Shown here: positions 41,900 through 53,237 of the stretch, piece after piece
How the letters are laid out: each line of letters begins with the position of its first letter
How positions within the stretch are numbered: the stretch's first letter is position 1
NCBI GenBank assembly: GCA_963727445.1
Contig: CAVSGI010000014.1
Coordinates: 417,832 to 481,831, forward strand
From: an uncultured delta proteobacterium
GTDB taxonomy: Bacteria > Myxococcota_A > Polyangia > Polyangiales > B10-G4
Length of the DNA stretch: 64,000 nucleotides
Direction: 5' to 3'
Translations under genes and position numbers: made by a program
The notes under the pieces: model-generated
The model's input: only the letters and a program-made list of their open reading frames with translations
Database searches by the model: none
What the model was told of the DNA's origin: nothing

Positions 41900-42773
41900 A
41901 TGCAGGCACAGGTGCGTGAGCTTCCCCCGCCCCAGGGGGTGATCGAGCGGGTCGTCGAGATGGCGCTCCGCGAGGATCTCGGACGCGGCGACGTGACCAC
42001 CGAGGCATGCGTGCCGCCCGGAGTTCGCGGCGAGGCGGTGGTGCGCGCGCGAAGCGAGCTGGTGGTCTCCGGCCTCGCGGTGATCCGCGAGGTGTACCGG
42101 CAGGTCGATCCCGAGATCGAGGTGCACGATCGCGCCAAGGACGGGGACCTCGTGGCGCCCGGCACCGAGGTGGCGAAGATCGTGCGGCCGCGCGCAGGGC
42201 ATCCTCGGCGGAGAGCGGGTCGCGCTCAATTTCGCGCAGCGCATGAGCGGCATCGCCACCAAGACCCGACGCTTCGTCGACGCGCTGCCCCAGGGGAGCC
42301 ACACCCGCATCGTCGACACGCGCAAGACGACGCCAGGCCTGCGCGCCATCGAGCGCTACGCGGTGCGCTGCGGCGGCGCCCACAACCACCGCGAGGACCT
42401 CTCCTCGGCGGTGCTCATCAAGGACAACCACATCGCCGCCGCCGGTGGCGTCGCGGCCGCCATCGAGCGCGCCCGTCGCCACGCTCCGCACACCAGCCGC
42501 ATCGAGTGCGAGGTCGACGACATAGAACAGCTCGAAGAGGCGCTGGACGCTGGCGCGGAGATCGTGCTGCTCGACAACTTCCCCGACGCGGTGCTCCGCG
42601 AGATGGTGGAGCTGGTGGACGGCCGCGCGTTGGTCGAAGTCTCTGGCGGCGTGAAGCTGGAGAGAGTGGCGGGCATCGCCGCGGCGGGGGTCGACGTCAT
42701 CAGCGTGGGCGCGCTCACCCATTCGGCGCCGTCGGCCGATCTCGGTCTCGACTGGATCGATCAGCACGGGTGA
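41900..42773 (+). CDS. nadC: Quinolinate phosphoribosyltransferase (frameshift near 42185)
   Basis: [58 protein letters not shown]. Confidence 0.95.
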
Positions 42774-43522
42774 ACGAGGACGCGTTCGAATCGCGGCTCG
42801 AGACCGCGCGCTACGGACGGTCGCGGGAGCTGCTGGCCGAGACCGGCTCGACCAACGACGACGCGCGCGCGCGCGCCGAAGCGGGTGCACCCGACGGTCA
42901 CCTGGTGCTCGCGGAGCGGCAGAGCGTCGGCCGCGGCTCGCACGGCCGCAGCTGGTCCTCGCCACCGGGTGGTCTGTACTTCTCGCTCGTTCTGCGCCCG
43001 CGCCTCGCGCCCAGGGTGTTGCCCACCCTCACCCTGGCCACCGGGCTCGCCGTCGCCGAGGCGATCGATCGGAACGCCGAAGGAGCGCCCCCGGCGCGCA
43101 TCAAGTGGCCGAACGACGTGCTCCTGAGCGACAAGAAGTGCGCCGGCATCCTGGTCGAGAGCGCGACGACCGCTGGCGAGCTCGACCACGCCATCGTCGG
43201 CATCGGAATCAACGTCGGCCCCCTTCATCTCGAGGGCGAGCTCGCGAAGACCGCGACCTCCGTGCCGGCGCCTTCGCGCGAGGCGCTCCTCGCCGACGTC
43301 CTGACCCTGCTCGAAGCGCGGGTCGCCGCCCTCGAGGACGCCGGGCCCGAAGCGCTCATCGACGCCCTCGACGCGCGCCTCGCGCACCGGGCGAAGCGCG
43401 CACGCATCGGCGACGTCGTGGGGCGCATCGAGGGGCTGGCCCCGAGCGGCGCGCTTCGCATCGTCACGGACGCCGGGACGCGCGAGGTCGTCGCCGGCTC
43501 GCTCGAGCTCATCGACGGGTGA
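42770..43522 (+). CDS. birA: Biotin-protein ligase (no N-terminal HTH seen)
   Basis: [38 protein letters not shown]; start overlaps the nadC stop. Confidence 0.93.
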   Translation: MNEDAFESRLETARYGRSRELLAETGSTNDDARARAEAGAPDGHLVLAERQSVGRGSHGRSWSSPPGGLYFSLVLRPRLAPRVLPTLTLATGLAVAEAIDRNAEGAPPARIKWPNDVLLSDKKCAGILVESATTAGELDHAIVGIGINVGPLHLEGELAKTATSVPAPSREALLADVLTLLEARVAALEDAGPEALIDALDARLAHRAKRARIGDVVGRIEGLAPSGALRIVTDAGTREVVAGSLELIDG

Positions 43523-44437
43523 TCACATCCGGACGCGCCAGCGGTACACGGGCGGCGGCGGCCGAACGGGCGTGGGCTGCGCGGACTGCGGCGTGACCTG
43601 CGTGTGCTGCTGCTGCGCCTGAAGCTGCTGATGCCGCTCGAGCACGGCGGCGGGCGGTCCGCTCGTCACCGAGAGGTCGGGCTGAAGCCGCTGCCCCGGT
43701 CGCGCGTTCAACGGCATCGGGTAGTAGTACCAACGACCCGCGGAGAGCACCCAGTAGCCGACGATGCGCTGGCCATTGCTGACGGCGATCGGCTGACTCG
43801 ACTGCGATGCTTGCTGCGCTTGCTGCCCGCCCGGCGGCTGCGCCTGCGGTGCATCGGCCACCGGCGCCGGCGGTGGCGCGGTGGCGGGAACGGGCGCGGG
43901 CGGCGGCATCGTCGGGATCGCTTCGGGCTCCTCGGGCTCTTCTGCGGGTGGCGCCTCTTCCTGTTGTGCGGGGGCCGGGCCGAGGGTCGCGAAGACCTGG
44001 GTCGCATATACGCCGCCGTCCGCGAAGACCACGCTGATCCCGACGTGGGTCATGCCGGCCGCGAGCATGTTCTGCTTGTGCGGCGCGCTCGCCTCGAGAC
44101 CTTCCTGGGCCTGGGCTGCCGTGTGATTGAAGGCGATGTTCTCGGCGAGGCCGGTGGGCGTCAGGCCCGTGGCGTTCACGCGATCGGCTGGCGTGCCGGT
44201 ACGCGGCGAGACGTGCTCCACCATCTGATGCCAGGCCATGTCGACGCTGTGGGTCCGGGCCGCTGCGTCGAGGTGCTCGTCGCGGGTCAGCTCGGCGAGC
44301 CCAGCCTCGGCGCGCAGGGCGTTGATGCGCGCGAGCATCGCCGTTTCGCCATCGGTGTCGCTCTGCTGCGCCGACGCCGTGGCCGCGAGGGCCAGCGGGA
44401 TCGAAAAGGCGAGGAGCGCACGTACGACGGAGGACAC
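43523..44437 (-). CDS. Secreted CAP (SCP) domain protein with Pro/Gln-rich tail
   Basis: Signal peptide ending ASA; INALRAEAGL, AARTHSVDM, AENIA, SAPHKQNML, THVGI. Confidence 0.85.
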   Translation of the reverse strand: MSSVVRALLAFSIPLALAATASAQQSDTDGETAMLARINALRAEAGLAELTRDEHLDAAARTHSVDMAWHQMVEHVSPRTGTPADRVNATGLTPTGLAENIAFNHTAAQAQEGLEASAPHKQNMLAAGMTHVGISVVFADGGVYATQVFATLGPAPAQQEEAPPAEEPEEPEAIPTMPPPAPVPATAPPPAPVADAPQAQPPGGQQAQQASQSSQPIAVSNGQRIVGYWVLSAGRWYYYPMPLNARPGQRLQPDLSVTSGPPAAVLERHQQLQAQQQHTQVTPQSAQPTPVRPPPPVYRWRVRM

Positions 44438-44576
44438 GCCATATATTCTAGCAACGGACGATCCACCCGGCGACCTGCGAAATCTGGGCACTTTTCCCTA
44501 CCTCCGAGAACGTCGGTTCACGCGCCTTCGCGCGTCTCCGCACAGCAAACGCTTGCGATCGGGGCCCTGAGCCACG

Positions 44577-45518
44577 ATGACCATCGACATGACGGAGACT
44601 GTGGACGGCCGAGAGGGCGCGAAGATCCGAGGGGGCATCCCGGACGAGGGCGCCGGAGTGCGAAGGCTCGAGGACGTGGTCCTGCTCGACGTCCGCGGTG
44701 ACGACACCCGAAGCTGGCTCAACGGACAGCTCACGAACGATGTCCGTCACACGAAGAAGGGCGACGCGGTCTATGCGCTGGCGGTGACGGTGAAGGGCAA
44801 GATCCTCGCCGACGTGTGGGTCTTCGATCGCGGCGACGATCGCTTCTGGCTCGCTGTTCCGAGCTCGAGCGTAGAGGCGCTCCTCGAGAGCTTCGATGGA
44901 CAGATCATCATGGAAGACGTCGAGGTCGCGCCGGAAGAAGGTCGGTCTTTGCTCACGGTGGTGGGACCGCGAGCCGACGTCGTCACCGCCGCCATCGGCG
45001 ACGAGACGCCGGTCTTTTCGACGGAGCGTCTCGGACCGAGCCGCGACGTCGTCGTCGCCGCCGATGACACGGCGACCTTCGAGCGCCTCGTCCGCGAAGC
45101 CGGAGCGCTCGGTGGCGGCGCCATCGACGAGAGCGCGTGGGAGCTCGCGCGCCTCCGCCGGCACACGCCCCGCTTCGCGGTGGACTTCGACGCGCGCAAC
45201 TACCCGCAGGAGGCGGGGCTCAAGGATCGCGCGGTGTCGTTTCAAAAGGGCTGCTACCTCGGGCAGGAGGTGGTCTGCATGCTCGAGTCGCGCGGCAAGG
45301 TGTCGAAGCGCCTGGTCGCGTTGCGCCTCGGAGGCTCGGCGCCGCCGGCGGACAGCGAGATCTCCGCCGAGGGCAAGGGCGTGGGACGGATCACTTCGTC
45401 GGTCCTGGACGGGGGCGAAGCGCTCGCGCTCGGTTACGTCAAAGCGGCGTTCGCCGAAGTCGGTGCGAAGCTGGAGGTCGGCGGAGCGAGCGCCGAGGTG
45501 ACGGCGATCGTGGAGTGA
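44577..45518 (+). CDS. ygfZ: Folate-binding YgfZ/GcvT family protein
   Basis: LNGQLTND and the KGCYLGQE signature. Confidence 0.9.
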   Translation: MTIDMTETVDGREGAKIRGGIPDEGAGVRRLEDVVLLDVRGDDTRSWLNGQLTNDVRHTKKGDAVYALAVTVKGKILADVWVFDRGDDRFWLAVPSSSVEALLESFDGQIIMEDVEVAPEEGRSLLTVVGPRADVVTAAIGDETPVFSTERLGPSRDVVVAADDTATFERLVREAGALGGGAIDESAWELARLRRHTPRFAVDFDARNYPQEAGLKDRAVSFQKGCYLGQEVVCMLESRGKVSKRLVALRLGGSAPPADSEISAEGKGVGRITSSVLDGGEALALGYVKAAFAEVGAKLEVGGASAEVTAIVE

Positions 45519-45527
45519 CGCGCGGCG

Positions 45528-46259
45528 CTAGGCGCCGAGGCGGTGCCCTCCGTCGACGACGAGCTCGTGGCCGGTGACCCACTCCGACGCGGCGAGATGC
45601 ACGACGGCTTCGGCGACGTCCTCTGCGGTCCCGACGCGACCCAGCGGGATGTGGGAGACCAGCTCGGCGACCTTCGCTTCACTGAAATCCTCGGGGACGA
45701 GCACCGTGCCCGGCGCGACCGCGTTGACGCGTACCTCGGGCGCGAGCTCCACCGCGAGCGTGCGCATCAGTTGCCGCACGGCGCCTTTCGACATCAGGTA
45801 GGGCAGGTACGCGCGATGCGGGCGGTCGAGGGAGGCGTCGGTGACGAAGACGATGGCGCCTCGGCTCGCGCGAAGTGCTGAGGACGCTGCGAGGGCGAGG
45901 TGCATGGGCGCTTCGGCGTTGAGCGACATGGAGGCGTCGAAGTCGCGGCCCTCGATCGCGCTCAGCGCGACGCGATGAAAGCTCGCGGCGCTCGGAACCA
46001 GGACGTCCAGCCCCTCCTCGCCGACGACCTCCGCGATCAGGCGGTGGCACGCCTCGGGATCGCTGAGGTCGGCCTGATGGATCGTGGCCTCACCGCCCAG
46101 CGCGACGATGGCATTCGCCGTCTCCTCTGCCCCGACCTGAGAGACGTTGTGATGAACGGCGACGCGCATCCCTCGTGCGCCCAACGCGCAGGCGATGGCC
46201 CGGCCCACCCGGCGTCCCCCACCAGTGACCAACGCTCGCCGCGTCGTGAGGTCTCGCAT
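45528..46259 (-). CDS. SDR oxidoreductase, pteridine reductase (FolM/PTR1)-like
   Basis: TGGGRRVG, SAASF, FVTD, YLMSK, LAPEVRVNAVAPG, VDGG. Confidence 0.85.
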   Translation of the reverse strand: MRDLTTRRALVTGGGRRVGRAIACALGARGMRVAVHHNVSQVGAEETANAIVALGGEATIHQADLSDPEACHRLIAEVVGEEGLDVLVPSAASFHRVALSAIEGRDFDASMSLNAEAPMHLALAASSALRASRGAIVFVTDASLDRPHRAYLPYLMSKGAVRQLMRTLAVELAPEVRVNAVAPGTVLVPEDFSEAKVAELVSHIPLGRVGTAEDVAEAVVHLAASEWVTGHELVVDGGHRLGA

Positions 46260-46326
46260 GCTGTGAGGGTATCAACGGGCCACGAGTGGGTGGCCCTGAC
46301 GTTACGGAAGCCCTATAGTCCCCTCG

Positions 46327-46650
46327 ATGATCACGCTCACCGAGAAGGCTGCGGCCAAGGTCAAAGAGATCCGAGAGGCGGAAAGCCTTGGAGAACAAGG
46401 GCTTCGGGTCCGGGTGCTGGGCGGAGGCTGCTCCGGCTTCAGCTACGACCTCTTCTTCGAGGAGGAGACCACCGACCTCGACCAGCAATTCGAGTCGCAT
46501 GGCATCCCGCTCTACGTCGACATGATGAGCTACCAGTACCTCGACGGCACCGAGATCGACTACGTCGAAGGGCTGCACGGGGCGGGCTTCAAGTTCAACA
46601 ACCCCACGGCGAAATCCACCTGCGGTTGCGGATCCAGCTTCTCGGCCTGA
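46327..46650 (+). CDS. erpA: A-type Fe-S carrier (ErpA/IscA/HesB)
   Basis: GGGCSGFSY...FNNP...TCGCGSSF. The gene symbol within this family is tentative. Confidence 0.9.
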   Translation: MITLTEKAAAKVKEIREAESLGEQGLRVRVLGGGCSGFSYDLFFEEETTDLDQQFESHGIPLYVDMMSYQYLDGTEIDYVEGLHGAGFKFNNPTAKSTCGCGSSFSA

Positions 46651-46671
46651 CCCAATCGTCATTCCGCGTCT

Positions 46672-46697
46672 AGGGGGCCTTTTGGCCCCCTTTTTTT
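46672..46697 (+). terminator. Rho-independent terminator
   Basis: GGGGGCC-TTTT-GGCCCCC hairpin followed by a T7 tract, downstream of the erpA-like gene. Confidence 0.88.
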
Positions 46698-46749
46698 CTC
46701 GTAACTCCAGCCCCGGAGTCACGCATATCGCAGCCGTGGCAGAAGGGGG

Positions 46750-46856
46750 TTGCCACAGAGCTAGACAACATCTATACAGTCAGGTGTACGCAATCAAAAC
46801 CTGACGTGACGTAACTTTCTTGGTTGATCTTTCATACACCAGACGTTACGTAACGT
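46750..46856 (+). promoter_or_regulatory. Promoter/leader of the sigma factor gene with paired ACGT-rich motifs
   Basis: TTGCCA-N17-TATACA at 46750-46778; GACGTGACGTAAC (46803) and GACGTTACGTAAC (46842); unusually AT-rich stretch. Confidence 0.45.
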
Positions 46857-46876
46857 AAGAAACAGGGAGCTCCCCC

Positions 46877-47728
46877 ATGGCGACCTACGACAGAGACCCC
46901 GAAATCTCGCGGTATATCGAGAAAGTGCGGCAGATCCCCAAGCTGTCGCGCGAGGAAGAGCACGAGCTCGGTCTGCGCGCCCTCGAGGGCGATCAGGAAG
47001 CCATCGACGGCCTGGTACAGGCGAACCTGCGCTACGTCGTGGCGGTGGCGCTCCAGTATCGCCGCTATGGCATCCGGCTCAGCGACCTCATCGCGGAAGG
47101 CAACGTCGGCTTGATGATGGCGGTGCGAAAGTTCGACCCCGAACGCGGCACCCGCTTCGTCACCTACGCCGGGTATTGGATCCGCGCCTACATCCTCGAC
47201 TGTGTGGTGCGATCGGCGAGCCTGGTGGGCGCCGGCTCGGGCGCGCTGCGCTCGAAGGTCTTCTTCCGCCTGCGGCGGGAGCGGGCCAAGGTGGCCAACC
47301 TCGAGCTCGACCCGACGGAACGCAATCGCATGCTCGCGGAGCGCTTCGAGGTCAGCCCCGAGAAGATGGAGCGCATGCTCCGCCGTCTCGACGGCAAGGA
47401 CGTCTCCCTCGACCAGAAGGTCTTCGACGATTCCGGCGTCACCATGGTCGACACGCTCGTCTCCAAGGACATCGACCAGGAGACGGAGTTCATGGACGCC
47501 GAGCGCCGCGACGTCCTCACGAGCCGACTCAGCGAGGCCATCGAGACCCTCGACAAGCGCGAGCGCTTCATCGTCACCGAGCGCTTCCTGCGCGGCGAGG
47601 ACATCTCGCTCGCAGCCATCGGTCGCAAGCTCGGCGTGAGCCGGGAGCGCGCCCGGCAGCTCGAGGCCCGCGCCAAGAAGAAGCTCCGGCAGCGCCTTTC
47701 CGACCTGTCCGAGCTGGCTGTCGCCTGA
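46877..47728 (+). CDS. Sigma-32 (RpoH)-family RNA polymerase sigma factor
   Basis: ANLRYVV, DLIAEGNVGLM, FDPERGTRFVTYAGYWIRAYI, degenerate RpoH box RSKVFFRLRR, GVSRERARQLE. Confidence 0.88.
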   Translation: MATYDRDPEISRYIEKVRQIPKLSREEEHELGLRALEGDQEAIDGLVQANLRYVVAVALQYRRYGIRLSDLIAEGNVGLMMAVRKFDPERGTRFVTYAGYWIRAYILDCVVRSASLVGAGSGALRSKVFFRLRRERAKVANLELDPTERNRMLAERFEVSPEKMERMLRRLDGKDVSLDQKVFDDSGVTMVDTLVSKDIDQETEFMDAERRDVLTSRLSEAIETLDKRERFIVTERFLRGEDISLAAIGRKLGVSRERARQLEARAKKKLRQRLSDLSELAVA

Positions 47729-47812
47729 AGGCCGAAAACCAGGGGAATTGGGAGCCTCGCCGGGCCCTTTTCCCCTATGGATCCACGGCTCTCCGGGGCA
47801 TGATAAGGCCCT

Positions 47813-50800
47813 GTGACAGACCGCCCCGACACCACCATGGAGGTGGAGCTGGACGAGGTGGAAGAGGATTCGGCCAAGAAGCCCCCTCCCCCACCCCCCC
47901 CCGCGGCCGCGGCGAAGTCACGTCCTCCGCCTCCGCTCCCGAAGAGCCAACCGCCCCCGCCACCCTCGCCGCCCAAGCCCCGCCGCAGCGGCCCCGGCGA
48001 GACGACGATGAACGGGCTCTTGGACGAGCTCGAAGAACAGGTGGTTCGGGCCGCGAGCGAGCGCCCTCCCCCGCCTTCCGCCCCGCCGCCCCCCGCGCGT
48101 CCACTCTCGCGACCCCCGCCGCCTCCGAAGAAGCGCAGCGCTCCGCCGCCCCCGCCCAACGCCGCGGGCCGGATGAGCGAGGCGTCGCCGGCCCGAAGTC
48201 GCAAGGGAACGCTGCCGCCTTCGGGGATGACGACACCACCCGGCGCAGACGCGCCGCGCACGCCGGCGCCGCAGCCGCGCTCGCAGAGCGAAGGGGAGAG
48301 CGACGCCTTCGCCGAGGACGCGCGACAGCTCATCGCCGCGTGCGAGACGGAGCTCGGCAAGAACCCGGCACCGGTTCGCGCCGCGCGTCTTCACTTCGAG
48401 ATCGCACGTCTCTACGAGCATCCGCTTCGTGACCTCCGCCGCGCCGCCGCGCACTACCAGGAGGCGTTGAATCGCGCCCCGGAGCACGTCCCCACGATTC
48501 GGGGTGCCCGCCGCGTGCTGATGGCGCGCAAGGGCTATCAGGCCGCGACTCCACTCTTCGACGCCGAAGCCCGGCTGACCTCCGATCCGCGGCGCAAGGC
48601 GGCGCTCTTCTACCAAAAGGGCCGGCTCCTCGAGGACGTGATCGGGAATCGAGAGGAGGCGAAGACCGCATACCAGACCGCTCTCGAGCTCGATCGCTCG
48701 GACCCCGCGCTTCTCAAGGCGGTGGAGCAGACCGAGGTCGCCGCGGAGGCGTGGGCCGCGCTCTCGCGAACCTACGAGCGACAGGCGAATGCCGTCAGCA
48801 AGGACCCGCGGCAGCGCGCGGCGCTGGTCGTGCAGCGCGCCCGTCTCCTCGAGCGACGCCGCGGCGAGATCGATGCGGCGATCGAGCTCTACGAGACCGC
48901 CTTGCGCCTCGACCCGAGCGCGCCGGGAGCTCTGGCGGCGCTCAAGCGCTTGCATCACTCGCTTCGCAGGTGGCGCGATCTGATCCGTGTGCTCGAGCTC
49001 GAAGCCGAGCACACCGAGGACCAACCGGTCCGGGTCGATGGCGCTCTATCAGATCGGACGCCTGCACACGGAGCGCCTCGGCAACCGGAACGAAGCACTG
49101 GCAGCGCTCGAACGCGCGATTCGGGAGGCCCCTCGCGAGCCGCTGGTGCTGACCGAGCTGTCACGGCTCTACGAAGCGGCGGAGAAGTGGGACGCGCTGG
49201 TGAGCGTCCTCGAGCGCCTCACCGACGCGACCGCTGCGCCCGAGGAGCGCCTCGGGTTTTTGGCGCGCATCGGTGAGCTCTACGAGGAGCGCCTCGGCGA
49301 CGAGGAGCGCGCTCAACACTTCTACGAAGCAGCGCTCAAGGTCGAGCCCACCTACGTTCCGGCGCTTCAGGCCCTGGGCAAGCTCTACCGCAAGCGCAAC
49401 CAGTGGGAGGCGCTGGTCGCGATGCATCTGGCGGAGGCCGAGGCGACCGACGATGCGTCGCGCCGCGCCGCAGCCTTCGCACGCGTCGGCGAGATCCTGG
49501 AGATCCATCTCTCGCGCCCCGACGACGCGATCGAAGCGCACAAGAAAGCACTGAGCCAGGTCCCGGGATACCCGACCTCGTTCAAGGCGCTGACCCGACT
49601 CCTCTCGGATGCGGCCATGTGGCGCGAGCTGGTCGAGGTCTACGAGCGCGCCGTGGACCAGGCGAAGACCAAGGAGCAGGCGGTCACCCACCTGATGAAG
49701 ATCGGCGCGGTCTACGAGGACCAGGTCAAAGAGCCGGTGCAGGCCGCACACGCGTACCGCCGCGTGCTCGAGCGTGAAGCGGGTCACGTCGCAGCGATTC
49801 ACGCGCTTCAACGCGCCACCGAACGCGCGGGCCGCTACGCCGAGCTGGTCGAAGCCCTCGAGCTCGAAGCCGAGAAGACCCAGGACCAGGCGGAGATCGT
49901 GGCGCTCGTACACCGCGCGGGCGAAGTGCTGGACGAGCAGCTCGGGGATCGGGACGGCGCGCTGTCGCGCTTTCGCAAGGTGCTCGGGATCGATCCGCGG
50001 TACACACCGGCGCTGGTGAGCCTGGGGCGGATCTACTTTCGCGCCGGACGCTGGGAAGACCTGCTCGAGATGTACAAGCGCGAGCTCGAGCTGACACCGC
50101 GGGGCCCGGCAGCGGTGGCGCTCCTGCACAAGATGGGCGAGCTCTGCGAAGAACGCGTGGGTCGCGACGAGGAAGCGGTCGGCTACTACCGCCGCGCCCT
50201 CGACATCGACCCGCGACACGCGCCGACGCTCCGCTCCCTGAGCGCCAAGCTGCGCGAGCGAGGCGAGTGGGAAGACCTGGTGCGCATCCTGGAGCTCGAG
50301 CTCACGGGCACCAGCGATCCGATGGCGAAGGCGCGCCTGGGCTACCAGATCGGAGAGGTCTACGAGGAGCGACTCTCGCAGGTCGACCGCGCGATCCACG
50401 CCTACGAGAACGCGCTCAAGGCGGTGCCCGATCACCGCCCCTCGATCGACGCGCTTTCGCGCCTGCGCGTGGAGCGGAAGGCCTGGCAGAAGCTGGTGCA
50501 GGATCTCGACCGCGAAGCGAGCGGCACAAACGACATCGCCCTCTACGTCTCGGCGATGCTGCGGCAGGGCGAGATCTGGGCGGAGGAGCTGGGCGAGCCG
50601 CGGCGAGCGATCGCTTGCTACGAGCGCCTTCTCGAGCGTGACCCGGGCAACGTGGGGGCGCTGATGGCGCTCGAGCCTCTGTACCGGCGCGTCGGCGGCT
50701 GGGAGTCGCTGGCGCACGTTTACGACGCGCTGGCGCGGGTGTTGACCGATCCCGGCGCGAAGGTGGCAGCGCTCCGAGAGCTGGCGCGCCTGCAGGAGCA

Positions 50801-53231
50801 TCGCGGCTCCGCCACGGGCGGCGACCCTCGTCAGACCTACGACGCCATCCTCCAGGCCGAGCCTGACGACACGATCGCGCTGAGCGCGCTCGAGGCCATC
50901 GCACTCGAACGGGGCGATCGCGAGCTGCTCGCGGACGTGGACAGGCGCCTCGCGGAGAGCCGCGACAAGTTGATCCGCAGCGTCTACCTCACGCGCCTCG
51001 CCGAGTCGCTCGAAGCGGCGCAAAGGCCAGAGGCGATCGACGCGTACCGCGCCGCGCTCGAAGCCGATCCCGAAAACCTCGGCGCCACACGGGGCCTGAC
51101 CCGCATCGCCGAGCACACGGGGGATCCGGTCGCGCTCGCGGAGGCGGCGCGGCGCGAAGCCAACGTCGCCACCGACGGGGAGATCGCGGCTCAGCTCCTG
51201 GTGAAGAGCGCGCGGGTACGGGCCGAGCGCCTCGACGACCGGGCCGGTGCGCTCCGCGACCTGGAACGCGCCCTCGAGCTCAACCCCGATTCCCGGGGCG
51301 CTGCGGACGACCTTTCGGAGATGCTCGTCCGCGAAAAGAAGCCCGGGCGCCTCGCCGACCTGCTCTCCCGCGCCGCCGGCTCCGCGCAGAAGCCGGATCG
51401 CGTCGCGGCGCTTTGGAACCGCGTGGCCGAGATCCAGGCCGACGCCCTCGACAACATCCCGGGCGCGATCAGCTCGCTCAACCGCGTGCTGCGCGCGGCG
51501 CCCAACCACGTGCCCACGCTCCGCAACCTCGCCGAGCTCTACAATCGCGACGGCCAGTGGACGGAGGCGGTGAACCTCCTGAGCCGCGTCGTACAGCTGG
51601 CCCCGGACCGCGAGGTCCTCAAGGAGGCGCACCTGGCCCTCGCCGCGCTCTGGGATGAGCGGCTCGGCGAGTCCTCACGTGCGCTGGTGAGCCTGCAAGC
51701 GGTCCTCGCGCTCGAAGCGGACAACCGCCGCGCGCTGGGGCGCCTGAGCGAGCTCCAGGAGAAGGAAGGCAAGCTCGACCAGGCGGCGGAGACGGCGACG
51801 CGGCTGGTGCAAGCGAGCCGCACCGACGCCGAGCGCGCGGAGGCGCTGCTTCACCTCGCCAGCGTCGAAGGCAAGCGCGGCGATGGACGCGCCGAGCTCG
51901 ATGCGCTGTTGTCGGCGGTCGCGCTCGAGGGTCCGGCGAGCGAGAGCGCGCTCACGCTCAAGAGCCTGCTCGAGACGCCGACCGAGTGGGAAGCCTACGA
52001 CCGCGCGATGCAGCGTTTCCTCGCGGCGGCGCGGGATCGCGGCCAGGACGTGGCCCCGGTCTATCTCGAGCTCGCGCGCGTCAGGCAGGACCAGCTGCAG
52101 AAGGATCAGGGCGCCTTCGACATCCTGATCGAAGGGATCGACGCGGTTCGCGACCCTGCATCGCTGCGCTCGGAGCTGGCGATGCGCCTCAGGATGTCGG
52201 GACGACACGCCGAAGCGATTCAGCAGCTGCGCACGCTGCTCTACTCCGACCTCCTCAAGCCGGAAGCGTGGCGCGATCTGGCTCGGAACTTCGACGCCCT
52301 GCGGCGCCCAGGGGAGAGTCGCCTCGCCCTCATGCCCCTGATGATCCTCGGCTCGGCGAGCGACGCGGAGATCGGTCACCTCGCGACCAACACGCCGAGG
52401 CCGGCGCACGCGCACGACGGCTCGCTCACACCGGAAGTCCTGCGTGCGCTCCTACCGAAGGGCCCGGCGGAAGAGGCGGCGGGCGACCTCCTCGCCGCGC
52501 TCGGCCCCGGCCTGCCGAAGCTCTACCCACCCGACCTCGAGGCCTTCGGTCTCGTCGCCCGCGATCGCGTGACCTCCCGGCAGGGGCATCCGCTGCGCAG
52601 CCTCGCCGACCGCATCGCCGCCGTGCTCGGCGTCGAGGAGTTCGAGCTCTACGTTCACCGCGTTCGCAGCCGCGGTCTCGCCGTGGAGCTCAGCAATCCG
52701 CCCTCACTCCTGGTGCCCGCGCAGGTCGCAGAGCTTCCGGAGACGCAGCAGGTGTTCCTGCTCACCCGTCCCCTGGCGGCGATCAGCGTCGGACTGCACC
52801 CGGTGGAGAAGCTCACCCCCCGAGAGGTCGAGGTGCTCCTGGCGTCGGCGTGCCGCAACGTCTCGCCGGGCTACGGCTCCGGCCTCACCAGCGAGGACTT
52901 CCTCACGGACCAGGCCAAGCGCATCTACAAGGCACTGCCCCGCCGGACCCGAAAGTCGGTCGAGCAGATGGCGGCGAGCTACGTGGAGGCACCGCGCCTC
53001 GACTTCACTCGCTGGAGCGCAGCCGTCGGGCGCGTGTGTCAGGCGGTCGCGGCTCTGTTGGCCGACGACCTGGTGGCGTGCGTCGAAGTGATGCAGCGGA
53101 GCGAACGAGAGCTGAACGGTCTCGAAGGGCCCGCACTGATCCGCTCGTCGAGCACCATCCGGGATCTGCTGCGCTTCTGGGTGAGCGACGCCGGGGTGAA
53201 GCTCCGGCAGCAGATCGGCATGCTCGACTGA
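47813..53231 (+). CDS. Giant TPR-repeat protein with Pro-rich N-terminus (one apparent frameshift near 49030)
   Basis: ORFs 47813..49276 and 48987..53231 share the same repeat (A..Y..AL.LDP....AL..L..LY....W..L) and join into about 1800 aa. Confidence 0.85.
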
Positions 53232-53237
53232 GGCGTG

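Noticed and set aside
41243..43522. 759-aa NadC-BirA fusion ORF
   Set aside because: A chimera of frames caused by the nadC frameshift; birA has its own GTG start overlapping the true nadC stop.
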